DNA of 44,680 bases from contig NC_068985.1 in NCBI RefSeq assembly GCF_001194135.2, positions 83,633,512 to 83,678,191 of the forward strand, written 5' to 3'. The notes beneath the pieces are model-generated. The model was not told where the DNA came from. It did not search any database and saw only the letters and a program-made list of their open reading frames with translations. This stretch comes from Octopus bimaculoides. Its lineage: Eukaryota. The position numbers and the translations under genes were made by a program. Of the stretch, positions 1-11,152 are shown in pieces; positions within the stretch are counted from its first letter, which is position 1; every line of letters begins with the position of its first letter.

Positions 1-60
1 ATATATATATATATATATATATAAATACATACATACATACATACACACTCACACACTCAT

Positions 61-446
61 CTTTTATCTTTTGTCTTTTACTTGCTGCAATCATTAGATT
101 GTGATCACGCTGGAGTACTGCCTTGAAGAATTTTTAGCCAAATGAATCCACCCCAAAACTTAATTTATTTTTGTTAAGTACTCATTCTATTGGTCTCTGT
201 GCTGAACCACTAAATTACAGAGATATAAACATACCAACATCACTTGTCAAGCAATAGTGGGGGGGGGGCAAACACAGGCACAAACACACACACATGTATA
301 CATATATACAACAGGTTCTTTCAGTTTCCATCTATCAAATCCACTCAAAACATTTTGTTAAGCCCAATGCTTTAGTAGAAAACACTTGCCAAGGGTGCCA
401 TGCAGAGGGACTGAACCCTGAACCATGTGGTTGGAAAGCAAGCTGA
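61..446 (-). mobile_element. tRNA-derived SINE family A, near full-length degenerate copy
   Basis: Reverse complement contains head (ggttcagtccctctgcatggcacccttggcaagtg), body (gtggatttgatagatggaaactgaaagaacc), central CA/TA microsatellite and 3' tail; same layout as the + copy at 13261. Confidence 0.9.
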
Positions 447-505
447 TACACATATCAATATCTAGATATTGTGTGCAGGTATATACCTACACACACATGT
501 ACATT

Positions 506-555
<50 letters not shown>

Positions 556-1248
556 CACACACATATATACATACATATATATATGTATGTATGTGTGTAT
601 ATATATTTTTCTTTCATCCTAGGTAATAAATAAGAAGTTGAAAAATAATTGGGGCTTTGACAACATTAACATTGTTAACATGATGAAAATAAAACAGGAT
701 GGAATAAAAGAACCTTAAACATATCACACAAAGGATATATATATATATANNNNNNNNNNNNNNNNNNNNNNNNNNNNNNNNNNNNNNNNNNNNNNNNNNN
801 NNNNNNNNNNNNNNNNNNNNNNNNNNNNNNNNNNNNNNNNNNNNNNNNNNNNNNNNNNNNNNNNNNNNNNNNNNNNNNNNNNNNNNNNNNNNNNNNNNNN
901 NNNNNNNNNNNNNNNNNNNNNNNNNNNNNNNNNNNNNNNNNNNNNNNNNNNNNNNNNNNNNNNNNNNNNNNNNNNNNNNNNNNNNNNNNNNNNNNNNNNN
1001 NNNNNNNNNNNNNNNNNNNNNNNNNNNNNNNNNNNNNNNNNNNNNNNNNNNNNNNNNNNNNNNNNNNNNNNNNNNNNNNNNNNNNNNNNNNNNNNNNNNN
1101 NNNNNNNNNNNNNNNNNNNNNNNNNNNNNNNNNNNNNNNNNNNNNNNNNNNNNNNNNNNNNNNNNNNNNNNNNNNNNNNNNNNNNNNNNNNNNNNNNNNN
1201 NNNNNNNNNNNNNNNNNNNNNNNNNNNNNNNNNNNNNNNNNNNNNNNN

Positions 1249-1440
1249 TTTTTTAGTCATGTCCACGAATGTTAGACGTATGGAATTCAAAAAGGTGCTC
1301 AAGGTTGTTGTTGGAAAGATGGTAGATCATCCTGTGGGTGTCTACAAAGTCAGTTGCCAGACATCAGAGCTTTAATGTGTCCAGGGAAGCAAGATGTTCT
1401 GAGAATGGCAGATGCCTGGCAGCTGGTTTATTTCATATCA
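1249..1440 (-). mobile_element. CR1/L2-group LINE ORF2 C-terminal fragment (decayed)
   Basis: Minus strand translates LPFSEHLASLDTLKL*CLATDFVDTHRMIYHLSNNNLEHLFEFHTSNIRGHD*, matching the post-RT 'L..RRL..DL...KI......TRGH..K' pattern of CR1/L2 elements; the stop is consistent with CGA>TGA decay; truncated by an N-gap. Confidence 0.75.
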
Positions 1441-1489
1441 TATTGTATTATATTGTATTATATTGTATATATATTTATTTCATTTAGTT

Positions 1490-1700
1490 GAATTTGATGA
1501 TCTGGCAAAATAGTGCCTATGTGGTCACTGGACATGCTAGAAATAACAACCAAATCTCACTCAAACCACACCCTATTGTCTTCAAAAAGAAGGAACACAT
1601 TAGATAATATAGTCCTAAATACATTATCTAAATATTCAAAATGTCCACAGTTGGAATGATTTTTACCATAAATCTGCTGGATTAGGGTTTATCAAGGAGT
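1490..1700 (+). repeat. Interspersed repeat fragment, unclassified (SINE-like tail); related remnant near 26215-26330
   Basis: catgctagaaataacaaccaaat resembles atatgctagaaatagacaccaaat at ~26235. Confidence 0.45.
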
Positions 1701-1947
1701 AAGCAACTATGCGCTTTTAACATCATTTTTGCTTGGATGCTATATTTCAGAAAAATTTGCATATTAATTAACTCTTAAATGATTAGATGTTGCACTGAAT
1801 GTCAAAACTGTGTTCTTGCAGTAATTACAAACTGCACTCATCATTGTACATTTTATCAGTGCATAATTCCATAGGAATGGGTAACAATTACTTTTATTTC
1901 TTGTATGATTTTTTAATGAATGAACAAAATAGTGAGTTTCTCTTTTA

Positions 1948-2256
1948 TTTTGTTTATTCTTTTACTTGTTTCAGTCATTTGACTGTGGCCATGCTGGAGC
2001 ACCACCTTAGAGGGTTTTAGTCAAACAAACCGACCCCAGGACTTATTTCTTAAGCCTAACACTTATTCTATCTGTCTCTTTTGCTGAAATGCTAAGTTAT
2101 GGGGATGTAAACACAACAACACTAGTTGTCATGCAGTAATGCAGGGAACAAACACAGACACATACATAGCAAAAATAGATACATACATATATACATCTTT
2201 CAGTTTCCAGCTATGAAATCCACTCACAAGGCTTTGATAGAACACACTTGCCCAAG
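1948..2256 (-). mobile_element. SINE family A, partial
   Basis: cttttacttgtttcagtcatttgactgtggccatgctggagcacc tail and aaatccactcacaaggctttg body in reverse orientation. Confidence 0.9.
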
Positions 2257-2262
2257 ATGTCA

Positions 2263-2359
<97 letters not shown>

Positions 2360-2432
2360 ATATATATATATATATATCATATATTGGTGTGTGTAGGTAT
2401 GTATTTATATACATATATATATATTAGACATA

Positions 2433-2590
2433 GGAGTGGCTGTGTAGTAAGTAGCTTGCTTACCAACCACATGGTTATAGGTTCAATCCTACTGTGTGGC
2501 ACATTGGGCAAGTGTCTTTTACTATAGCCTCAGGCCAACCAAAGCCTTGTGAGTAGATTTGGTAGACGGAAACTGAAAGAAGCTCATCAT
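2433..2590 (+). mobile_element. SINE family A, 5' half
   Basis: ggagtggctgtgtagtaag (A-box-like), ggttcaatcct (B-box-like), ggcacattgggcaagtgtc core. Confidence 0.9.
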
Positions 2591-2625
2591 ATATATGTAT
2601 ATCACACATATACATATGTACATTT

Positions 2626-2700
2626 TCCCAAGGTGCCACTCAGTGGGAACTGAACCTGGAACCATGTAGTTTGGAAGCAAGCTTCTTACCACACGACCAC
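2626..2700 (-). mobile_element. SINE family A head fragment
   Basis: cccaaggtgccactcagtgggaactgaacctggaaccatgtag...cttaccacacgaccac is the reverse complement of the head. Confidence 0.85.
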
Positions 2701-2782
2701 ATGGTTCTTCATTATCATTCACAGAAACAAGAAGCTTTCAAAGTCTTATACATCTAATATGACATTTTTATTGAATTATTTC

Positions 2783-3176
2783 TTATCCTTTACTTGTTTC
2801 AGTCTTTAGACTGTGGCCATGCTGGGGCACCGCCTTGGAAAATTTCATTTTAGTTGAATGAATCAACCCCAGCACTTTGTTTTGTTTTTAAAGCCTGGGA
2901 CTTATTCTCTCGATCACTTTTGCACTGCTAAATTACAGGGACATAAACACCAACATTAGTTGTCAAGTGATGGTAGGGAAGCAACATAGATACAAAGACA
3001 CATACACATGAATATATACATACATATATATATGATGGGCTTCTTTCAGTTTCTGTCTACCAAATCCACTTACAAGGCTTTGGTCAACCTGAGGCATTTT
3101 CCCAAGGTACCACTCAATGGGAACTGAAACTGGAACCATGTGGTTGGGAAGCAAGCTTCTTAGCACTCAGCCACAT
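2783..3176 (-). mobile_element. SINE family A, near full-length
   Basis: Tail, microsatellite, body and head all present in reverse orientation. Confidence 0.9.
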
Positions 3177-3199
3177 TTAAGAATTAAGATAAATTACTT

Positions 3200-3660
3200 T
3201 TAATGACATATGAGACTGGTGTATGTCAGATAAATATGTACGACTCTACTTCCAGGAGAACTTTGGCATCAAGAGCTATACTAACCCCCAAACTGGACCC
3301 CACTGTACTGTTCCAAATGTCCCAGCCATCCCGTTTAGATTGGGGACCATGTACTGCAATAGCTTGGGATTCAAGGGCCCGCAGCTGTTCAATGCCTAGC
3401 CAAAATATCTGAGGGATCTTCATGGAGTAGGGGTAGATGTTTTCTACAAACAGCTTGACTTCCTGCGGTTCAAGGTCCCAGATGAACCTAAATCATGGCA
3501 AGAAACTCAAAAGCGGGGAGAAGTGTCAAACTCCCTTCTTCACCACAAGCCAACCACATAAGAATGGTCATTGAAAAGGTGATTACACTGGTACTGCTTC
3601 AACATGGCCACAGCCATTGGGCTGAAACAAATAAAAGAAATAAAAGAAAAAGAATAGAAT
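3200..3660 (+). mobile_element. CR1/L2-group LINE 3' end (ORF2 C-terminus, 3' UTR and AATAAAAG-repeat tail)
   Basis: Translates ...TVPNVPAIPFRLGTMYCNSLGFKGPQLFNA*PKYLRDLHGVGVDVFYKQLDFLRFKVPDEP, typical of the invertebrate CR1-group 'GP.LFN.LP...R.......FK..LD.FL..VPDEP' terminus; ends aaataaaagaaataaaagaaaaagaat. Confidence 0.75.
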
Positions 3661-4019
3661 TCAATCGAAATAATTATAGTACATTATTTAATTAACCAGA
3701 TTTAAGTTGAGAAAAATGAGAAAAATGAAATTTAACTCTGATTTTGAACATTGATTTGGATTTGAAGAAATTTCACCAGACACTTTATTATTTCCATGAA
3801 TTCACCATATTTTTTAAAGGTTCTTCCTACGACCTTAAGTGACACTAATCCAACCACACGCATACATGAACAGTCACAACCACACACACACACACACACA
3901 TACGCACATACACGTGCTATCATTATATACACACACAGACATGCGCGCACACACATACCCACACATACACACACATACCTCCATCTCTTGCACTCTCCTG
4001 TCTTAGAAAGAACTTTTTC

Positions 4020-4250
4020 TTCACCCATTCCCTTCCAGTCATTTCAATATGTGACCACATGTGTATCATTGGCGATTTTCTTTCTCCATCTTCCCTTCTT
4101 TGGACTTTTTCTATATTTCTGATAAAGAGCTCTGCTCGAAACGTGAAATCCTCTTTCTTTTCTTTCCTTTCCTGAGCGTCCAATAACACAGTAATTGTTC
4201 CACATCCTCACGTTGTTGTTTTTTTCTTGCTTGTTCTTGTTTGGATTGAC
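4020..4250 (+). mobile_element. Penelope-like element terminal-repeat remnant with degenerate hammerhead motif
   Basis: ctgataaagagctctgctcgaaacgt...gagcgtccaata has hammerhead core layout; pyrimidine-rich flanks; no ORF seen. Confidence 0.55.
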
Positions 4251-7200
4251 TATATATNNNNNNNNNNNNNNNNNNNNNNNNNNNNNNNNNNNNNNNNNNN
4301 NNNNNNNNNNNNNNNNNNNNNNNNNNNNNNNNNNNNNNNNNNNNNNNNNNNNNNNNNNNNNNNNNNNNNNNNNNNNNNNNNNNNNNNNNNNNNNNNNNNN
4401 NNNNNNNNNNNNNNNNNNNNNNNNNNNNNNNNNNNNNNNNNNNNNNNNNNNNNNNNNNNNNNNNNNNNNNNNNNNNNNNNNNNNNNNNNNNNNNNNNNNN
4501 NNNNNNNNNNNNNNNNNNNNNNNNNNNNNNNNNNNNNNNNNNNNNNNNNNNNNNNNNNNNNNNNNNNNNNNNNNNNNNNNNNNNNNNNNNNNNNNNNNNN
4601 NNNNNNNNNNNNNNNNNNNNNNNNNNNNNNNNNNNNNNNNNNNNNNNNNNNNNNNNNNNNNNNNNNNNNNNNNNNNNNNNNNNNNNNNNNNNNNNNNNNN
4701 NNNNNNNNNNNNNNNNNNNNNNNNNNNNNNNNNNNNNNNNNNNNNNNNNNNNNNNNNNNNNNNNNNNNNNNNNNNNNNNNNNNNNNNNNNNNNNGAGAGA
4801 GAGACATTTACAGATACATATATATGCATGTATGTGTGTGTGTATCTGTACATGTGTGTGTATCTGTGTGTGTGGGGGGGGGATGTATGTGTGTGTTACC
4901 AATGGAAACCTTATCTTTTCAAACCATCACCATTAATGACCACTCCTTATACTTCCGTGGGGGGGGGGGCGAAGAAAGACAAAAACAAAAACAAACCAAA
5001 AGAAAAAAAATAGCTTATAGTAACAAATATTAATGAGTGTGAAAGATCCAAGAGAGCATAATAACTAAATGATGATCTCCTCAAGTACAATTTAAATGGC
5101 TTCACCAAACATTGAGAAATTTCTTGGGAATTTTGGATACAAAGGAAAATAAAATACATCCTTTTCTTCTTTCCTCATACAATCTCACCATGAAAGGAGC
5201 TGGAATATTTTCGCTGATAACTATGTCTAGATTAATCGCTTTGGTAATTATGAAGACGAATGTTTGCAGCAGTGTCTATTGACACAGTGTATACATACTT
5301 ATATTGCTTATTACCTATTGTTGTTGTTCTTGCTGTTATTGTTGTTTTTTATACCCCATATTGTATGCATACATATTGACTACCCATGCATTCATTTGAC
5401 ACATACATACAACCAAATACATACATACATACATACATACATACATACATACATACATGCATGCATGCATGATGTAAATGCCTGTCAATCTGATAAGCTT
5501 GAATTTTCAGAAAAAGAAATCAACCAACTCATACATTACAAATATAATCTGTAAGCAGAACAGTGAAACTATACAAGACTTTTCTAAGTTTTAAAATCTG
5601 ACATTGTTTTTATTATCTACATTCCAAAGATGGAGCTTTTAATTTATGTTAGAAACCAGTTTCTTCTTCAAAGGAAGAATTTAAATGGTAAAAAACAGAA
5701 AGAAATATCCATACCTGCATGCCTGTATGCATGTATGTATGTATGTATGTATGTATGTAATGATAAAAATAATATATATATGTATATATATATATGCATA
5801 TGTACACACATACACATATATACATATATGGATACAGGATATCACAAACTGTAAACAACATGAAATACGAAAACAAAAGAGTTGAATACATAAACAAGAG
5901 AAACAAATGGAAAACAGGATAAGTAACATAAAGAACCACTCTTCATCAGTTGTCAGCTGTCCGTCTACTCCTCATTTTGAGCATTGAACAACAATATGAA
6001 TCTTCGAAGGGCAGTTGTTCCTGCAAACCAAAGTAAAATTTGGGATTTGCAGAGGGTCAAAGTTGGTAACAAAAACAGGATAGTGGAGAAAAACAGGAGA
6101 GTGGAAACAAACATGGAGAGTCATTAGACCAGATGAAGGTAAAATAGCAAATGGTGGAGAAATATTCTCTTTCACAAGAGGAAAAATAGAAGAGAGAGAT
6201 AGATGGAATACGTGCAGTCTCTACAACAGCCATTAAGGAAAAGAAAGATCATCATGTGAGAAAAAGAAAAATGGACAATGGTCACATGTGAGCAACGAGA
6301 GAGAGAGAGTGTATGTATGTATGTACAAAAGATTATCAGCCTTGTGATGAAGCTTAATGCATACAGACAAGCAAATCCCTATAAACTCCACCAAGGAAAA
6401 GTGAAGAAGAAGACTGAAATAATGTTTTGAGTTAGTAAGAAGGGAACCCTGGATTAGAAGTTGATTGCTCTAAAACAAGAGCTGAGAGCTGACAGTGAGA
6501 AATTATCATAGTTGAGGAGTATAACTGAAAAAAATAAATAATCAGCAACAAATTTAACTGAAATCAATATGCAGTTTGTAAAGACATGAGAAGACAAGCA
6601 ATGTCATAAAAGCTCCTTCACAAAAAGATATAGATCACTTTTGAGCAAAGTCTAGAGCAAAGAGGAATTTAGTCAGGGTGTTTCTGTGACTGGAAGAAAT
6701 CCTAAGAAATTATTGTCCTTGCATTACACCCATGATATATAGCAATGACAGTGATACTCTTGAGACAGTTATTCAAAAACTTAAAAATGGAAAAGTCCCA
6801 GGAAAAGACTTGGAAGTTGAATTTTGCTACAAGAAGCTAATGTTCTACTGACCTGTACCAGTATGTGCCCGGTGGATGATATTAGCATACAACAGTGGTT
6901 GGTTCTGGCAGTCATGAAATTGACCTCTAAGAGCAGATTCTCCTATAAGGGGAAGGCCAATTACATCACAGAATTTAATGTAAAGTATATACATAGAACC
7001 TAGTTAAGCCTATTCTTCCAAGAGCATTGTGACAATAATATCATCACAGCAGAACAAGCAGTTAGAAAGGAGGTACGTGCTGAGTAATTGTTGATCAACA
7101 AAACCGCTGTCAGAGAAAACTTTTGATTCTGTCCACCACTCATAGATGGTAGAAGCTTTTCGATATCCTAAAGTTCCAGAGAGCATAACCAAAACTATAG

Positions 7201-7911
7201 CTCATCTGATTTCATCCTGGGCCACCATCTTGAAATTAAATACAGTTATCACTGATAAAAAACAGTATTGCTGAGATTTATTCCAAGGAGGCAGTCTCTC
7301 TGGAATTCAGTTCACACTTTCCGTAAACCCTTTGTCATTCATGCTGAGGATGTCTCATAGGTTCATAGGGAGAAAGAAGTCAATTATTACACACTACTTC
7401 TTTATAGACTACTTGAAATTATATGCTCTGTAATATACATATGTAAAAGAGCCTTGACCTGGTTACAACATTCTCACAGGATACAGGTTTGAAGTTTGGC
7501 CAGGGTAGATATTCCTATATGGTTGTGAAACAAGGGAAACCTGTAAACCAGGCAAGCAGCATTTCCATGAATGATTTAACTTTGTTTCTCCTGTACCTGA
7601 TGAGGAATGTTATAGGTACCTTGGAGTAAATGAAAACATATCCTATGAACGCTACCTGTAGCAAGGAATACACCACCAAGGAATATAACTGCCAATTAAG
7701 AAAATTATGTATCACAGAATTTTCTGCATACAGTAAAACAGTGGCCCATAATGTGTTCGCAGTACCAATACTCATACCAACATTTGGGCTACTTGATTGG
7801 ATGCTTGATGAGATCTGAGCCATTGATGTGGAAACCCAAAAGATACTGACCAGCACAAATAATTTTAACTGACAACCTCTACCAAAAATGCAAATAAGGA
7901 GGTAGCAGCTT

Positions 7912-8070
7912 AAATTTCTCAATAGTTCAGCATAAGTGTGTTTTTGTTTTTTGCTTATCATTAGCTAAATGTTGACACCCCCTAGGTAATTGACTTCTGC
8001 CATTGTATATGGTTTCTCTCTTCAGTCCTAAATCACTGCATCTGGCCTATTATGCTTGCATAATTCCTGA
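7912..8070 (-). mobile_element. Inverted second copy of an R4-like restriction-like endonuclease segment
   Basis: Minus strand reads ...CKHNRPDAVI*D*REKPYTMAEVNYLGGVNI*LMISKKQKHTYAELLRNL, homologous to the + copy at 8560-8700. Confidence 0.75.
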
Positions 8071-8310
8071 TGCACAAAAGGGACAGTAAGTAGTACATGA
8101 GGTTGAGGCACTGTGACTTCAGGTCTTTCTCAATTTGTTTTGTCCATGTCTTCCTTGGTATACTGTGCTGAATTCTCTAGTATGTGAGTCGCTACCACCA
8201 CAAAAGTTGATGTGGTAGTCTTCCAGTGCTCATCCTGCAGACGTGGCCAAACCATGGTAGCCTGCACTGCTGGACATGGTCTTCAATGGTCAGCTGCTGT
8301 AGGCACAAAA
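8070..8310 (-). mobile_element. RTE-clade LINE C-terminal fragment
   Basis: Minus strand reads QQLTIEDHVQQCRLPWFGHVCRMSTGRLPHQLLWW*...PRKTWTKQIEKDLKSQ, i.e. the RTE 'RLRWFGHV.RM...RLP......RPRKTW' motif. Confidence 0.8.
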
Positions 8311-9058
8311 AAGGACAAAGACATCAGTAAAATACCAAAATACTATAACTACTGCAAACTTAGAAAAGTTTACACTGAGGATAACACCCACATCTTAAGC
8401 AGTTGTCTGAAAATGTCATCACAATATTATCTACTGATGAGACACAATGTTGTGGCGAAGACACTATACAACGAGATCCATCAGAAAGATAATCCTGAAA
8501 CAAAGATACAAGAATCTTTAGTGTGGTAGAGACCATAACCACTAATACAAAAGAGTATTTGTAGAATATCCTTGTGATTTCAGAAAGAGAAGAGAAACTA
8601 TGTACAGTTGTGGAAATCAGTTGCCCTGATGAGGTCAACATAAAGCTAAAGATCAGTGAAAAAGAAAACGTCAATGCTGGACAACGGAGAAATTTGAGCC
8701 TCTGCTTTCTTGTTTTCATTTTACATTGAGGTGGTGTACATCACTATTGATGTGAAAATTATTTGTGCTGGTCAGTATCTTTGGGGTTTTACACTTCAAT
8801 GGCTCAAATCTCATCAAGCATTCGGTCAAGTAGCCCAGATGTTGATTCAAATACTGGTACTGCATATACGTATGCATGCATGTACGTATATATGTATTAC
8901 ATACATGCGTATGTAGATTGACAAATTAGTAGATTGATAAGAATATATGCATATAAACATGTGTGTGTATGTGTATATACATATGTATATATATGTTTAT
9001 GTATATACATACGTATATATATGTATATTTGTATATATATGTATATATATGTATATGT

Positions 9059-9099
<41 letters not shown>

Positions 9100-9109
9100 T
9101 ATATATGTA

Positions 9110-9143
<34 letters not shown>

Positions 9144-9879
9144 TGTGTGTATACACACATATACACACATGCATACACACACACATATATATACACATCC
9201 ATTGATAGATAGATGGCCAGGCAGATGGACAGATTGGATTGGTTGATAGATAAATAAGCTGACATATAACCTTTAAATGTAATGCACTTATGTGCAATGG
9301 AAAGAATGAACATTATTATAAACGAAATACTTGAATGAATCATGTAATCCATTGTGAATTCTTTGTTTATGCATAAATATTTCCATCCATGTGTCTTTCC
9401 CTTAATTAGATATCTGTCTTATTGTGTGTGCTTGTGAGAATGCGTGTGCATGTGTGCGTGTGTGTGTGTGCTTATGTATCTGTCCATTTGGTCAGTCACT
9501 TATTAAGATATTTTAATGTACACACAGGGGCACAAATATTGTGTAGCTAAGCCGTTGGAAATTGACAGTATGGTCAAAAGTTCAACTCTAACTATTTCCA
9601 TTCTTTCCATTCATTGTATTGTATGCACTGGCGTACCTGCCGCTACAAAAATTAAATTTCAACTGTGCCTCATAATTGAATGATGAGCTGTAGAAAGGAC
9701 ATCCAGGAAGCACAACTGTGGATGGCCTAAACAAACCTGAAATGTGTGCCCAAGCAACAAATCAACTTTCCATACACCCTGGCTGTTGAATTAGGCTGCC
9801 TTCAAATTTTCTATTTTTTTAGGGTTTATTTTATTTATTAATTTTTTGGCTTTAAGAAGGGTATCCAACTGTAGAAACC

Positions 9880-9972
9880 GTGCCAAATGAAATTGGAACC
9901 TGCTGCAGCTCTCCAGCTTATCAGTTTCAGTCGTGCCGTCTAACCCATGCTGGCATGGAAAGCAGACATTAA

Positions 9973-10015
<43 letters not shown>
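9880..10015 (+). mobile_element. RTE-associated 3' tail ending in (GAT)n
   Basis: aagggtatccaactgtagaaacc...aacccatgctggcatggaaagcagacattaaatgatgatg. Confidence 0.85.
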
Positions 10016-10018
<3 letters not shown>

Positions 10019-10099
10019 GGAAGATGTGGCATTCACAAGGTTTATACTATAGCCTGGAGCTATAGTAAAAGACACATACATATAATTATCATTTTCCTC

Positions 10100-10320
10100 A
10101 ACATCGTCATCATCATTATTTAACATCCATTTTTCCATGCTGACATGGGTTGGACAGCTTGACAGGAACTGGTAAAGCCAGGGTCCTTACCAGGCTCCAC
10201 ATTCTGTTTTGGTATGCTTTCTACAGCTGGATGCCCTTCCTAACATCAACCACTCCACAGAGTGTACTGGATGCTTGTTATGTGGCACCATCACCATTGC
10301 TTTTTATATGGCACCTGCAC
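10100..10320 (-). mobile_element. RTE-associated 3' tail, inverted relative to 9880-10015
   Basis: catcatcattatttaacatccatttttccatgctgacatgggttggac...ttctacagctggatgcccttcctaac. Confidence 0.85.
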
Positions 10321-10393
10321 CCACATCAATGATGCTTGCAAACTTCATGTTCAGAAAGCAAACCTCTTTAACTTGACAGCCTTACCTTCACCT

Positions 10394-10470
10394 GCCATTT
10401 CAGTCTGACGAGTCAGCTATACTGCTAAGTGCCTTATAGGTGCGAAACCAAAGGTCACTCTGTGATTGGC
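10394..10470 (+). ncRNA. Type I hammerhead-ribozyme-like motif (probably from a Penelope-like element or retrozyme repeat)
   Basis: CTGACGA 10405-10411; GAAA 10444-10447; helix III ACC/GGT with GUC cleavage triplet (C 10456); helix I AGT/ACT plus distal GCCA/TGGC; helix II GTGCCT/AGGTGC preceded by a 17-nt insert. Confidence 0.55.
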
Positions 10471-10502
10471 CATAACTTTTAACTTCCTAAAATATAAATA
10501 TT

Positions 10503-10760
10503 CTTTTATTCTTTTATTTGTTTAACTCATTTGACTGTGGTCATGCTGGAGCACTACCTTTAGTCAAGCAAATCAACCCCAGGACTTATTCCTTGTAAGC
10601 CTAGTACTTATTCTATCAGTCTCTTATGCTGAAACGCTAAGTTATGGGGACTTAAACACACCAATATCGGTTATCAAACGATGATGGGGTGACAAACACA
10701 GACACACAAATACACACACACAAATACACACACACAAACACACACAAACACACACACACA
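10503..10760 (-). mobile_element. SINE family A 3' half
   Basis: catttgactgtggtcatgctggagcactacc...ttgtaagcctagtacttattctatc. Confidence 0.9.
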
Positions 10761-10789
10761 CATATGTATGTATATATATATATATATCA

Positions 10790-11010
10790 TCATTATCATC
10801 ATCACCTTTATTTTAAGGTCCACTTTTTTATGGTTGCATGGGTCAGAGAGCAAAGATTTTCTTTGGCCAGATGCACTTTTTTGTCACCTGTTTCCAAGCA
10901 AGATAATATTTCCCTATGGTCAGACATATTCATACAGAATATTGGAAATTAATGATATTGCATTTTTGACAGTAACAAACATTTTACAACTATCACACAA
11001 CGTCAAGTTA
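10790..11010 (-). mobile_element. RTE-tail-related repeat variant (relatives at ~19490-19720 minus and ~27790-27945 plus)
   Basis: (CAT)n then ttttaaggtccac...ttgcatgggtc...tttccaagcaagataatattt; 19620 has tttccaagtaagatacgtttt. Confidence 0.55.
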
Positions 11011-11069
11011 AAGAGATATACATGTGCATACACTCACACATACATAAATGCATACATACATACATCCAT

Positions 11070-11152
<83 letters not shown>

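Larger units (their letters stand above)
5930..8860 (+). mobile_element. Decayed R4/Dong-like non-LTR retrotransposon (RT, CCHC knuckle, restriction-like endonuclease), interrupted at ~7912-8330
   Basis: Collinear degenerate motifs: KLKN.KSPGKD (~6780), RPIT..N (~6955), EQA..K...QLLINK (~7050), FDSVHHS (~7125), FQGGSLSGIQFTLSVNPLSFML (~7281), HYFFIDYLKLYA (~7390; YMDDLKLY-like), YRYLGVNE (~7610), KTVAHNVFAVPILIPTFGLLDW, C..RKVYTEDNTHILSSC..MSSQYYLLMRHNVVAK (~8355-8460), KLCTVVEISCPDEVNIKLKISEKE (~8600-8670); many stops and frameshifts. Confidence 0.88.

Noticed and set aside
5925-5955. Minus-strand CTGATGAAGAG near the R4-like element's 5' end
   Set aside because: No paired helix II followed by GAAA.
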